IMG/VR virus record: IMGVR_UViG_3300028298_000008
Span: 1-62,634 of that record
Strand: one strand, 5' to 3'
From: a virus
Lineage: Duplodnaviria; Caudoviricetes
DNA length: 62,634 nucleotides
Part shown: one piece after another, positions 18,181 through 26,642 of the stretch
How the letters are laid out: the number at the start of each line of letters is the position of its first letter
Numbering within the stretch: the first letter of the stretch is position 1
Made by a program: the position numbers and the translations under genes
Notes under the pieces: generated by a model
Database searches by the model: none
Told to the model about the DNA's origin: nothing
The model's input: the letters and a program-made list of their open reading frames with translations, nothing else

Positions 18181-18894
18181 ATGAAACTTGGAATAATGCA
18201 ACCTTATTTTTTGCCTTATATTGGTTATTTTCAATTAATGAATGCTGTTGATGAATTTGTTATTTATGACAACATTCAATACACAAAGAAGGGCTGGATA
18301 AATAGGAACAGAATCTTGGTGAATGGTAAAGCCAGTTACATTACTCTGCCTATCAAGAAAGATTCTGACCATTTGAATATAGTAGAGAGACGATTGGCTG
18401 ATGATGGAAAGGAAAGGATAAAACTGATTCGTAGAATAGACAATTTATATCACAAAGCTCCGAAGTTTAAATCAGTCTTTCCTTTAATCGAGGCGATCAT
18501 ATTGTTTAACACCAATAATTTATTTGGGTTTTTGCTCCATTCTCTCTATCAAACAAAATTCTATTTAGGAATATTAACTCCTCTTGTAATATCCTCAACG
18601 ATTACTATTGATCATTCTTTAAAGTCTGAGGAAAAAGTTATTAGTATCTGTAGGAGCAGAGAAGCAAAAATTTATATAAATGCCATAGGAGGAACCAGCT
18701 TATACAAAAAAGAAAATTTTGAGAAGGAAAGAATTGCTTTGAGGTTTATAAAGTCTGATCATATCGAATACAAACAGTTTGATAATCCATTCATGCCTGC
18801 TCTTTCTATAATAGATGTTATGATGTTCAACCCAAGAGAAAAAATAGCTGAGTATTTGTCCAAATACACATTGATCGGAGCAGATAATGAGTAA
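18181..18894 (+). CDS. WbqC-family protein (putative glycyl transferase for amino sugars)
   Basis: IMQPYFLPYIGYFQLM...DEFVIYDNIQYTKKGWINRNRI, YINAIGG, LSIIDVMMF. Confidence 0.92.
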   Translation: MKLGIMQPYFLPYIGYFQLMNAVDEFVIYDNIQYTKKGWINRNRILVNGKASYITLPIKKDSDHLNIVERRLADDGKERIKLIRRIDNLYHKAPKFKSVFPLIEAIILFNTNNLFGFLLHSLYQTKFYLGILTPLVISSTITIDHSLKSEEKVISICRSREAKIYINAIGGTSLYKKENFEKERIALRFIKSDHIEYKQFDNPFMPALSIIDVMMFNPREKIAEYLSKYTLIGADNE

Positions 18895-20188
18895 ACCTAC
18901 CCTGCTGATTAATTTGTCCATAGCAAAAGAATCTACCACACAAAACTTCGTGATGCCCATAGGTATTTTATCATTAATTTCTTATCTTATCTCTCAAGGA
19001 GAGCATGTAGATTTTATAGATTTGAATGTGGACAAAGATGTTGATAAACGTCTAAATGAAGAACCAGAAATAGTCGGACTGAGTGTTATGGTGGCTGGGC
19101 AATTCAATCAGGCATACGAGATTTGTAAAAAAATAAAGCAAAGAAACACCAAAACATTAACAGTAATGGGAGGCGCACACGTTTCCCAGTTTTCCAAAGA
19201 CATAAAGAAAAATTGTAAAGAGGTTGACTTTGTTATAGAAGGAGAAGGAGAAAATAAGTTACTGAATTTAATTAGAAATGGATTAGTAAATCAAGCTGCA
19301 TACATAAAAGACCTTGACAACCTGCCTTGGCCAGCATATCATCTATTAAACTTTAAGGACTATAGAAGAGATTACTCCACTTGGAACAACCCATACAATG
19401 CAGATTTAGGAATCCGAGTTCCTATTATTACAAGCAGAGGTTGCCCAAAAGGATGTAATTTCTGTTCAGTCAAAAACCATATGGGCACAAAATATCGGTA
19501 CATGAACAGCTACAACGTCGTTAATCTACTTCAATGGCTGCATGAGAAGTATGGAGTAATATATTTTGCCTTTTATGATGCCAATTTTTCGTGCAAGCCA
19601 AATAGAATCATAGAAATCTGCAACGAGATAAAACGAAGAGGGCTGAAATTTTATTTGGATCTTCCAACAGGAATACCAATAGATAGATTTGCAATCCCTT
19701 TAATTGAAGCTCTTGTAGAAGTTGGATTAATCCGCATCACATTATCGGTAGAATCAGGGGACTCTGTTATTCGTAATAAAGTTATGAAGAAACATTCAAA
19801 CCAAAATGATATTTTTGCCATAATTGATGCTATTCACAAATACAAACATCTCTACTTACTGACTGATTTCATAATAGGTATGCCTGAAGATACAGCAGGG
19901 TCTTTAAACAACACCTGTGATTTAGTATCCTCTTTAAATGTAGATGATATAACTATATCAATTGCCACTCCATATCCAGGAACACCTTTATACGATCAAT
20001 GTATTAAAGACAATTTATTCTTACCAGAAATAAATCCTCAAGATTTTTATAAAGATGAGGAATACTCCCATTCTAATATCAACAGGTTCACTATCAAACC
20101 ATATGCCATGACCAGAGAAGAATTGATTTTTTATAGAGATAAAATGCTATCATTAAAAGAGAGGAAGTTATGTACAACAAAGACATAA
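18887..20188 (+). CDS. cobalamin-binding radical SAM enzyme (class B methyltransferase-like)
   Basis: MPIGILSL, VMGGAHVS, GEGE, LDNLPWP, TSRGCPKGCNFC, VESG, FIIGMPEDT, PYPGTPLY. Confidence 0.92.
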   Translation: MSKPTLLINLSIAKESTTQNFVMPIGILSLISYLISQGEHVDFIDLNVDKDVDKRLNEEPEIVGLSVMVAGQFNQAYEICKKIKQRNTKTLTVMGGAHVSQFSKDIKKNCKEVDFVIEGEGENKLLNLIRNGLVNQAAYIKDLDNLPWPAYHLLNFKDYRRDYSTWNNPYNADLGIRVPIITSRGCPKGCNFCSVKNHMGTKYRYMNSYNVVNLLQWLHEKYGVIYFAFYDANFSCKPNRIIEICNEIKRRGLKFYLDLPTGIPIDRFAIPLIEALVEVGLIRITLSVESGDSVIRNKVMKKHSNQNDIFAIIDAIHKYKHLYLLTDFIIGMPEDTAGSLNNTCDLVSSLNVDDITISIATPYPGTPLYDQCIKDNLFLPEINPQDFYKDEEYSHSNINRFTIKPYAMTREELIFYRDKMLSLKERKLCTTKT

Positions 20189-20577
20189 TAAATTTAATGT
20201 ATATAGAACAAGGATGTATTCCAAATATTGATGAATACCTAACAAAAATACTAAACCACGCCTCCTTCATTATTGATTACGATGAAAAAATATGCCGGGG
20301 ATTTATAGCCTATTATTGCAATAAGAACCTTGCGAAAGTATACATAACTATGGTTCTTGTAAGGGCGCAATATAGAGGATTAGGAATAGGCAAAGGATTA
20401 GTGGAATTCGTTCTAAACACTACACAACGGAACAAAGAATTCCTATCTTGCGAGCTTGAAGTGGATGATAAAAATGAGGTTGCTTACAATATGTACAAAT
20501 CAATGGGTTTTAAAATAACAAAAATCACTCCAGATAAGACACAAATGGAGAAAAGATACAATCAGGAGGAAATATGA
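20170..20577 (+). CDS. GNAT acetyltransferase
   Basis: VRAQYRGLGIGKGL, LEV...NEVAYNMYKSMGF. Confidence 0.88.
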   Translation: MYNKDIINLMYIEQGCIPNIDEYLTKILNHASFIIDYDEKICRGFIAYYCNKNLAKVYITMVLVRAQYRGLGIGKGLVEFVLNTTQRNKEFLSCELEVDDKNEVAYNMYKSMGFKITKITPDKTQMEKRYNQEEI

Positions 20578-21509
20578 AAGAAGAAACGTACACATCGACA
20601 GGACTCAAAATTCTTCATCATCCCGATGCGCTGAGATTAGCACAGAAAAAGATGGCTAAACCAATATCTTTGCAAATCTCTCCGACTTCCCGATGTAATT
20701 TAAGCTGTGTTTTCTGCTCCAATGTTAATAGAGGAAAAGACGAACAGTTGCCCTTTGATGTTATCAAAACTCTTCTACGACGACTTTGTTATTTAGGAGC
20801 GAAGACCGTTGAATGGACAGGGGGTGGAGACCCAACATTATACCCCGAAATCAACGAAGTGATTGATATAGCCTATTCTATGGGTTTAAAACAAGGATTT
20901 ATTACAAATGGGGTAGCTGTGGCTAAGAATCTTAAAAGAACATCATTAAAGCATCTTCATTGGTTGAGAATTTCCTTAAACTGCCTGGACTATGTTGATG
21001 ATATTGAAATACCAAAAATTAAAGGGACGTTAGGATTCAGCTATGTCATGAATACAGAGACGTGCCCAAACACAATCAAAAAGCTCATAGAGTATGGGAA
21101 GAAGCACAAACCTGCGTATATCCGAATTGTTCCGAATTGCCTTGCCACAGACGAAGAGCAGCTTTATAATAACAAAGTGCTTTCGGAAATGGTTGATGAC
21201 TGGGGACATCCTTTCTTTTATCAAGCGAAACTGTTTGAAAGACCTGAGCGATGTTGGTGGGGGTATTTTAAACCCTTTGTCCTTCATGATGGATGGGTCT
21301 ACCGCTGTTCCTCTGTTGTATTGAATCTTGACGCTGAGCGTAAATTTGATGAGAAATATAGATGGTGTACTGTTGAAGAACTTCCTGATATGTACCTATC
21401 AAAAATGATTCCATTCGATCCCGAACCGTGTTCACATTGTGTATTTTCCAATCAAAATAATTTAATTGATGGAGTTGTTAATCCTAATGGACAAGAAGAT
21501 TTCATATAA
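20574..21509 (+). CDS. radical SAM enzyme with SPASM/twitch-like C-terminal Cys
   Basis: CNLSCVFC, TGGGDPT, ITNG, C...DGWVYRC, CSHC. Confidence 0.88.
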   Translation: MKEETYTSTGLKILHHPDALRLAQKKMAKPISLQISPTSRCNLSCVFCSNVNRGKDEQLPFDVIKTLLRRLCYLGAKTVEWTGGGDPTLYPEINEVIDIAYSMGLKQGFITNGVAVAKNLKRTSLKHLHWLRISLNCLDYVDDIEIPKIKGTLGFSYVMNTETCPNTIKKLIEYGKKHKPAYIRIVPNCLATDEEQLYNNKVLSEMVDDWGHPFFYQAKLFERPERCWWGYFKPFVLHDGWVYRCSSVVLNLDAERKFDEKYRWCTVEELPDMYLSKMIPFDPEPCSHCVFSNQNNLIDGVVNPNGQEDFI

Positions 21510-22032
21510 AATAAGAACAAAATTTGACCCGAATGAAATCCTTATCGAGGGTCTTATTTGCAGGATGAAATTATACAACTCCAAGAATGAAGAGATAGCA
21601 GAAACGATCTTTGATATACAGCATATTAAAAAAATAGGTGCTCTTAAATGGTATTTGTGTAAAACAGGATATGCTACCAATTTAAAAACAAGAAAGAGAA
21701 TGCATCAACTGATCCTGCCTTGCCCCAGAGGAGTTGAGGTAGACCATAAAGACAGAAATAAACTTAATAATAAAAGAAACAATTTACGATATGCTTCAAA
21801 ATCACAGCAAGGACAAAATAGAGGTCCAAATAGAAACAGTCAATCAGGAATAAAAGGAGTATGGGAACTTCCAAATGGGAAATGGTCTTCTCAAATCACC
21901 TGTAATAAGAAAAGATATGTCCTGGGGGATTTCTTAACAAAAGAGGAGGCTGCCCAAGCTTATAATGAAAAGGCTCTCTTACTCTTTGGAAAATTTGCAA
22001 GTGTAAATAAAGAAGGAGGACATAATGAATAA
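21487..22032 (+). CDS. HNH homing endonuclease with AP2-like domain
   Basis: MHQLI...VDHKDRNKLNNKRNNLR; SGIKGVW...KWSSQI...EEAAQAYN. Confidence 0.9.
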   Translation: MDKKISYKIRTKFDPNEILIEGLICRMKLYNSKNEEIAETIFDIQHIKKIGALKWYLCKTGYATNLKTRKRMHQLILPCPRGVEVDHKDRNKLNNKRNNLRYASKSQQGQNRGPNRNSQSGIKGVWELPNGKWSSQITCNKKRYVLGDFLTKEEAAQAYNEKALLLFGKFASVNKEGGHNE

Positions 22033-22207
22033 AAAGTTTGATCAATTACTACAACGGATTCCTTTTTACAAACTTAACTTTCTGTCTGGTTTCTCAAAGA
22101 AAGTTTATTTCTCTTCGCATAAACCTCATCAAGGAGAACAAGAAAAAGCGAGACGAAGGAAACAGATTGAAAAGGGAATGCTAAAGGTGGACAGAGGAAA
22201 GACTTAA
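22025..22207 (+). CDS. small basic hypothetical protein
   Basis: AGGAGG RBS. Confidence 0.6.
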   Translation: MNKKFDQLLQRIPFYKLNFLSGFSKKVYFSSHKPHQGEQEKARRRKQIEKGMLKVDRGKT

Positions 22208-22530
22208 TGGTGAATCACAACTACAGACAGAAACATCCTACTTTAGGATGGGGAGATCATACTGGAGGATTCTTCTATATTCCAGAGAAGAATCTCAGAG
22301 TGATTGTATCAAATGGGTATGGATGGGACCACATATCTGTCTCCTTAATAAATCGTTGTCCGACATGGGAGGAAATGGACTTTGTAAAGAGGACGTTTTT
22401 TAAAGACGATGAAGTGGTTATCCAAATCCACCCTGCAATCAAAGATCATAAAAACGTAATGCCTTATTGTCTTCACTTATGGAGACCACAAAGAGAAATT
22501 GTGCCATTACCACCAAAATGGATGATATAA
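22207..22530 (+). CDS. conserved phage protein (WDHxSVS...CPTWEEM...CLHLWR family)
   Basis: GWDHISVSLINRCPTWEEMDFVK...HP...CLHLWRP is a widespread phage hypothetical motif set. Confidence 0.75.
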   Translation: MVNHNYRQKHPTLGWGDHTGGFFYIPEKNLRVIVSNGYGWDHISVSLINRCPTWEEMDFVKRTFFKDDEVVIQIHPAIKDHKNVMPYCLHLWRPQREIVPLPPKWMI

Positions 22531-22545
22531 AAAGGAGGTCTACTG

Positions 22546-22752
22546 ATGAAAAAAGAAATTGCTCTATGTAAATCTTTGTTAAAGAAAATCTCTACATCAT
22601 ACAAAATTATTGCCAAGGAAAGCGATAAACTCAGAGTTATTTATGATAATCTTGAAGCTGTTTTGAACTCCATAGAGTCGGCACAAGAAAATTTCGCCCG
22701 TGGCGTTGAAGAAATAGAACAAGGATTAGATGAAATAAGCCAATACTTATAA
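22546..22752 (+). CDS. small coiled-coil protein
   Basis: AGGAGG RBS; helical pattern. Confidence 0.65.
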   Translation: MKKEIALCKSLLKKISTSYKIIAKESDKLRVIYDNLEAVLNSIESAQENFARGVEEIEQGLDEISQYL

Positions 22753-22764
22753 AGGAGGTTATTA

Positions 22765-23523
22765 ATGTTTATTGTCACAAAAGAATGGTTGAAGCAAAAC
22801 TATGGAAGTAAGGATCAGTATCAAGAAGCGGACTCCGCAAAATGGCTCAATCGGTATGGACAGAAGGTGACGCCAGAGCTTATTGAAGAATGGAAAGTGT
22901 GGAAGCATTTGATAGAATATCAAGTGAACACACTCGACATTGTTCCCAAAGCTTTGGCAATGATCGGGCAGTCTTACAGGTCTGAATTAGAAGCCCATCG
23001 TCTGATCAATCTGATGAGAGTTCCTCTCGCCACATCTTATGAAGAAGCGTTATCTGTAGCACACCCAAGTTCAATTCTTGAACTTGGTGTTGGTGGGGAT
23101 TCTGCTATCAGCACAGCGGTGTTCTTATGCTATGTTGAATGGATGAAAGGGGCATTAAACTCTGTGGACATCAATCCTCTTGGCAAAACATGGGAGAGAT
23201 ATGGAAAGTTCACAGAGCTATGGAGATTCAAACAGATTCCGGCTGAAGATTATCTTTCCACATGCATAAAGATGGGGTATCGATTTGATCTGGTGTTTAT
23301 TGACACCTCTCATTCCTACGAGCCAACAATTAAAGAGATGTCATTGGCTTCTGAGATCACAAATACTATATTGATGGATGATGCCTTGTTTGAAGGCAAC
23401 GAGCCAGACAGGCTGAAAGGAGGGGTAAAGAAAGCAATAGCGGATTGGATGTTTGCTTTTGAAGACGAGTGGACAAAAACAGATTTCTGGAATGGCATGA
23501 CCATTCTATTACAACGAAAATAA
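22765..23523 (+). CDS. class I SAM methyltransferase (Methyltransf_24-like)
   Basis: ILELGVGG, SVDI, FDLVFIDTSHSYE, ILMDD, GGVKKA. Confidence 0.82.
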   Translation: MFIVTKEWLKQNYGSKDQYQEADSAKWLNRYGQKVTPELIEEWKVWKHLIEYQVNTLDIVPKALAMIGQSYRSELEAHRLINLMRVPLATSYEEALSVAHPSSILELGVGGDSAISTAVFLCYVEWMKGALNSVDINPLGKTWERYGKFTELWRFKQIPAEDYLSTCIKMGYRFDLVFIDTSHSYEPTIKEMSLASEITNTILMDDALFEGNEPDRLKGGVKKAIADWMFAFEDEWTKTDFWNGMTILLQRK

Positions 23524-23535
23524 CAGGAGGTTTTA

Positions 23536-24189
23536 ATGAAGAAAGGAGGAGAGATAATAAAATGCAAAGTAAAAGGATGCCCTTCTAAAAAGAGAAGTTT
23601 AACAGGGTTTTGCGCTCGTCATTATTGGCAGATTAAAAACTTTGGTGTGATTAAAGGAAATCCAAAGCAATCTCTTAAAACCCCTAATGAGTTTATTATG
23701 GAAGGAAGTATTTGTAGAATTAAACTTTATAATAGGTTAGGAGAAGAGATTGCTGAGGCCATAATAGATGCAGAGGATTACTCTAAGGTAAAAGGTTATA
23801 AATGGGGAATTCAAAGCCCTAAAGGACATGTAAAAACCTATTTAAAAGGGAAAAACAAAGGACTTGCTAACATAGTTTTGGGAAAGGATTCCTCCAGACA
23901 AGTCCAAATTGATCACAAAGACAGAAACCCATTGAATAACAAAAAAGACAATCTAAGATTCTGTTCTCATAAACAAAATGGTTGGAATCGTGGTCCTAAC
24001 AAAAACAATTCCTCAGGATTAAAGGGAATCAGTAGATGTAAAAATAAGTGGAGAGTTATGATACAAAGACAAAATAATAAACCCATTTACTCAAAAACTT
24101 TTGATTCCAAGGAATTAGCAGTGGAAGCTTACAATCAAAAAATAGTAGAAATTCAAGGCCGATTTGCCTATACAAATCCAACAAAATAA
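23536..24189 (+). CDS. HNH homing endonuclease with AP2-like domain
   Basis: N-terminal CKVKGC...CARHY; IDHKDRNPLNNKKDNLR; SGLKGI...KWRV...AVEAYN. Confidence 0.9.
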   Translation: MKKGGEIIKCKVKGCPSKKRSLTGFCARHYWQIKNFGVIKGNPKQSLKTPNEFIMEGSICRIKLYNRLGEEIAEAIIDAEDYSKVKGYKWGIQSPKGHVKTYLKGKNKGLANIVLGKDSSRQVQIDHKDRNPLNNKKDNLRFCSHKQNGWNRGPNKNNSSGLKGISRCKNKWRVMIQRQNNKPIYSKTFDSKELAVEAYNQKIVEIQGRFAYTNPTK

Positions 24190-24200
24190 GGAGTATTATT

Positions 24201-25217
24201 ATGTTAAAAAAAATAGCTATAGGCCTCACCCACGGCCATTGCCCAAAATGGCTTCAGACCTGCATTCATTCTCTGAAGCGGTATTACAACGAAGTTGGAA
24301 TGGACATCTATGTAGCCTGCTCATGGCCAGGGCATCCAAGCATCAAAGCTTTGACGGAAACTCCTCTCGGAGAAAATGTCACCCTGATTGATTGTGAACG
24401 AAGAAAGCACAGCCACGCAACAGGGCTTGAAGAAATTCTTGAACTCATTTGGGATAAGGATTATGATTTCTTCTTCACCTGTGAAACAGATTGCCGAGCA
24501 ATGAAGGACGGCTGGCTTGACTGGTTCCACAAGTATTTGCTGATGAGCAGTCATTTCGGAATTGCCGGCTTCTATTGGGATGAAGGAACAAATCATCAGA
24601 ACATCAATGCCTCCGGAACACTATACAGAATGGGGATGCTGAAACGCTACCATCAGGAATGTCGGGACAATAATGAAGGCATGTTTTGGCACCCAAGAGG
24701 CAATCGACACGATACAGAAATGGGGATGGATCCATCAATCAAAGACGTTGTCGGCTGTTTCGCCGAAACACGGGGAATCAAAGACCCTACAGACCCACAG
24801 AAAGAGATCATCATGCGCGGCGTTCCTCAGGCCTCTTGGTTTGAACCTGGCCAATGGTTGTATGCTCGCCTCCAAGCAGAGTGGGGGGAGGTAAGAGTGC
24901 CTTGCGATCATATTTATCTCCACACTCCAGGACAGCCAAGTGTCTACACACCAGAAGGAACATACTACGGAGGCAAAAAAGATCCGTACTTCATTCACTA
25001 TTGGGGAGGGACTCGGTGCTATGATTTCCTCAAACATCCAGTCAATGACAATTTCGTGAAGAATGGATCACCATGGTGGATCAAGCGGGAAGATGCCGTT
25101 TGGAGAGAAGAAGTTCCTGAAGAATACCGGCAGATCGTTCACCAGCTCAACATTGAAGCAAATGTAGAGCAGAAGATGAGGGAGAATCTTGGAATCTTTG
25201 TTCCGGAGGCTATGTAA
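24201..25217 (+). CDS. GT-A-fold glycosyltransferase-like protein
   Basis: WLQTCIHSLKRY, HATGLE, FFFTCETDC (DxD-like), IHYWGGT; cluster context. Confidence 0.55.
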   Translation: MLKKIAIGLTHGHCPKWLQTCIHSLKRYYNEVGMDIYVACSWPGHPSIKALTETPLGENVTLIDCERRKHSHATGLEEILELIWDKDYDFFFTCETDCRAMKDGWLDWFHKYLLMSSHFGIAGFYWDEGTNHQNINASGTLYRMGMLKRYHQECRDNNEGMFWHPRGNRHDTEMGMDPSIKDVVGCFAETRGIKDPTDPQKEIIMRGVPQASWFEPGQWLYARLQAEWGEVRVPCDHIYLHTPGQPSVYTPEGTYYGGKKDPYFIHYWGGTRCYDFLKHPVNDNFVKNGSPWWIKREDAVWREEVPEEYRQIVHQLNIEANVEQKMRENLGIFVPEAM

Positions 25218-25426
25218 TGTTTTTTGGCAAAACAACGGAGGTCGTTAAACTCCTTATTGATAATCCTAAACACATTATGGTTGTCCCTTCTAAAAAAGTG
25301 CGAAGGAGAATCATAAAGCTGTTCAAATTGCCTGTGAGTGTGTCCAGACGTATTAAGACTCCTCCTTGTCCGGACACCACGTTAGAGGGTCGATGTTTTT
25401 ATTGGTTTGATGAACCACTGGAGTGA
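25217..25426 (+). CDS. hypothetical protein
   Basis: GGAGG RBS, TAATG overlap. Confidence 0.55.
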   Translation: MFFGKTTEVVKLLIDNPKHIMVVPSKKVRRRIIKLFKLPVSVSRRIKTPPCPDTTLEGRCFYWFDEPLE

Positions 25427-25440
25427 GGAAAGGATATATT

Positions 25441-25737
25441 ATGACCAAACAAGAAATACTTGATTTTATCAACCAACTACCAGACCGTGACAATTATGAC
25501 ATCGGTCTGGAGGCGGACACCTTATATATTCATGTGAAACGGTTTAAACTCACATCTAAAGACGGGACTGCCAGGAGGCACTGCGAAGTTGAAATAGATG
25601 GAAAACTCATTAGTGGTGTGTCCCATTTAGAAATAATAGCAGACCCTAAACAACCCGGATACATTAACATCAAAATGATGCTTTTACCAAACACTATAAT
25701 AACGGAAGGGGGTGATTCCCATCAACTTCCAACTTGA
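25441..25737 (+). CDS. hypothetical protein
   Basis: AAGGA RBS, packed ORF. Confidence 0.6.
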   Translation: MTKQEILDFINQLPDRDNYDIGLEADTLYIHVKRFKLTSKDGTARRHCEVEIDGKLISGVSHLEIIADPKQPGYINIKMMLLPNTIITEGGDSHQLPT

Positions 25738-26551
25738 GACCAGCTCTTACTGTAATTTGAGATGTGTAGAATGCCCGCATCGCCTGATGAAAAGGAGACA
25801 GTCATTGATGTCCTATGATACCTTTTCCAAAATTTTGCACGACTACATTCTGCCTTATAAGGATATGAATAGATGTGCAGGGCATCAGCCAACAATTATT
25901 CTACACAAAGATGGGGAGCCGTTGCTCAACCATAATTTAACAACCTTCATAAAAATGATCTCTTACGCAGACCCAAAGTTGAAGATAGACATTTACACAA
26001 ACGGTCTCCTTCTTACGGAAGAGTTCATTCGTTTCTTAGGCACTATGCCAAATCCTATTTGGCTACTTGTATCGTTTCACTTCTATAATTATGATGAAAC
26101 AGGTAATGATTATGAAAGCACAAATGAAGTTCTGCTGAAGGCGCTTGATTATAAGCCTTCAAATGTAGACCTGATCTTCGTATCTCATGTCACCAGATTT
26201 ATAAATGAGAGAAGATTACTTGCTTGGCAAGGTTTCTGGAAAATGGAAGCCTCTTCAAGAAACGTGAAGCTTGAGGTGCACATAAATCCACACATCAACC
26301 CATGGACAGGCTTGATCGATGAACCGAATTGTGTAAAGTTCGGTGGTTGTCCGTATGCAGATTTCGGCCATATATTCTTTGGCGCCACCGGGAATGTTGT
26401 TCCTTGTTGCATGGATTTGGAGGAACAGATCACTTTCGGCAATATTCAAAAAGATGACCCTGCTGAAGTAATAGAGAAGCTGAAATTCTTCTACGAAGGA
26501 TTGAACAAAAAAGAGCTTTTACCGCCTCTATGCGAGAGATGTATGCTTTAA
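25712..26551 (+). CDS. radical SAM / SPASM-twitch enzyme
   Basis: CNLRCVECP, DGEPLL, YTNG, C...GNVVPCCMD...FGNI, LCERC. Confidence 0.88.
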   Translation: MIPINFQLETSSYCNLRCVECPHRLMKRRQSLMSYDTFSKILHDYILPYKDMNRCAGHQPTIILHKDGEPLLNHNLTTFIKMISYADPKLKIDIYTNGLLLTEEFIRFLGTMPNPIWLLVSFHFYNYDETGNDYESTNEVLLKALDYKPSNVDLIFVSHVTRFINERRLLAWQGFWKMEASSRNVKLEVHINPHINPWTGLIDEPNCVKFGGCPYADFGHIFFGATGNVVPCCMDLEEQITFGNIQKDDPAEVIEKLKFFYEGLNKKELLPPLCERCML

Positions 26552-26642
26552 AGCAGAAAAGCGCAAATAGACACAGTTTTGTGTGAAATTTAATCGGTTT
26601 TGAAGGGGCTTTACGATGAAAAATTTAATAGGCAAAGAGGAT

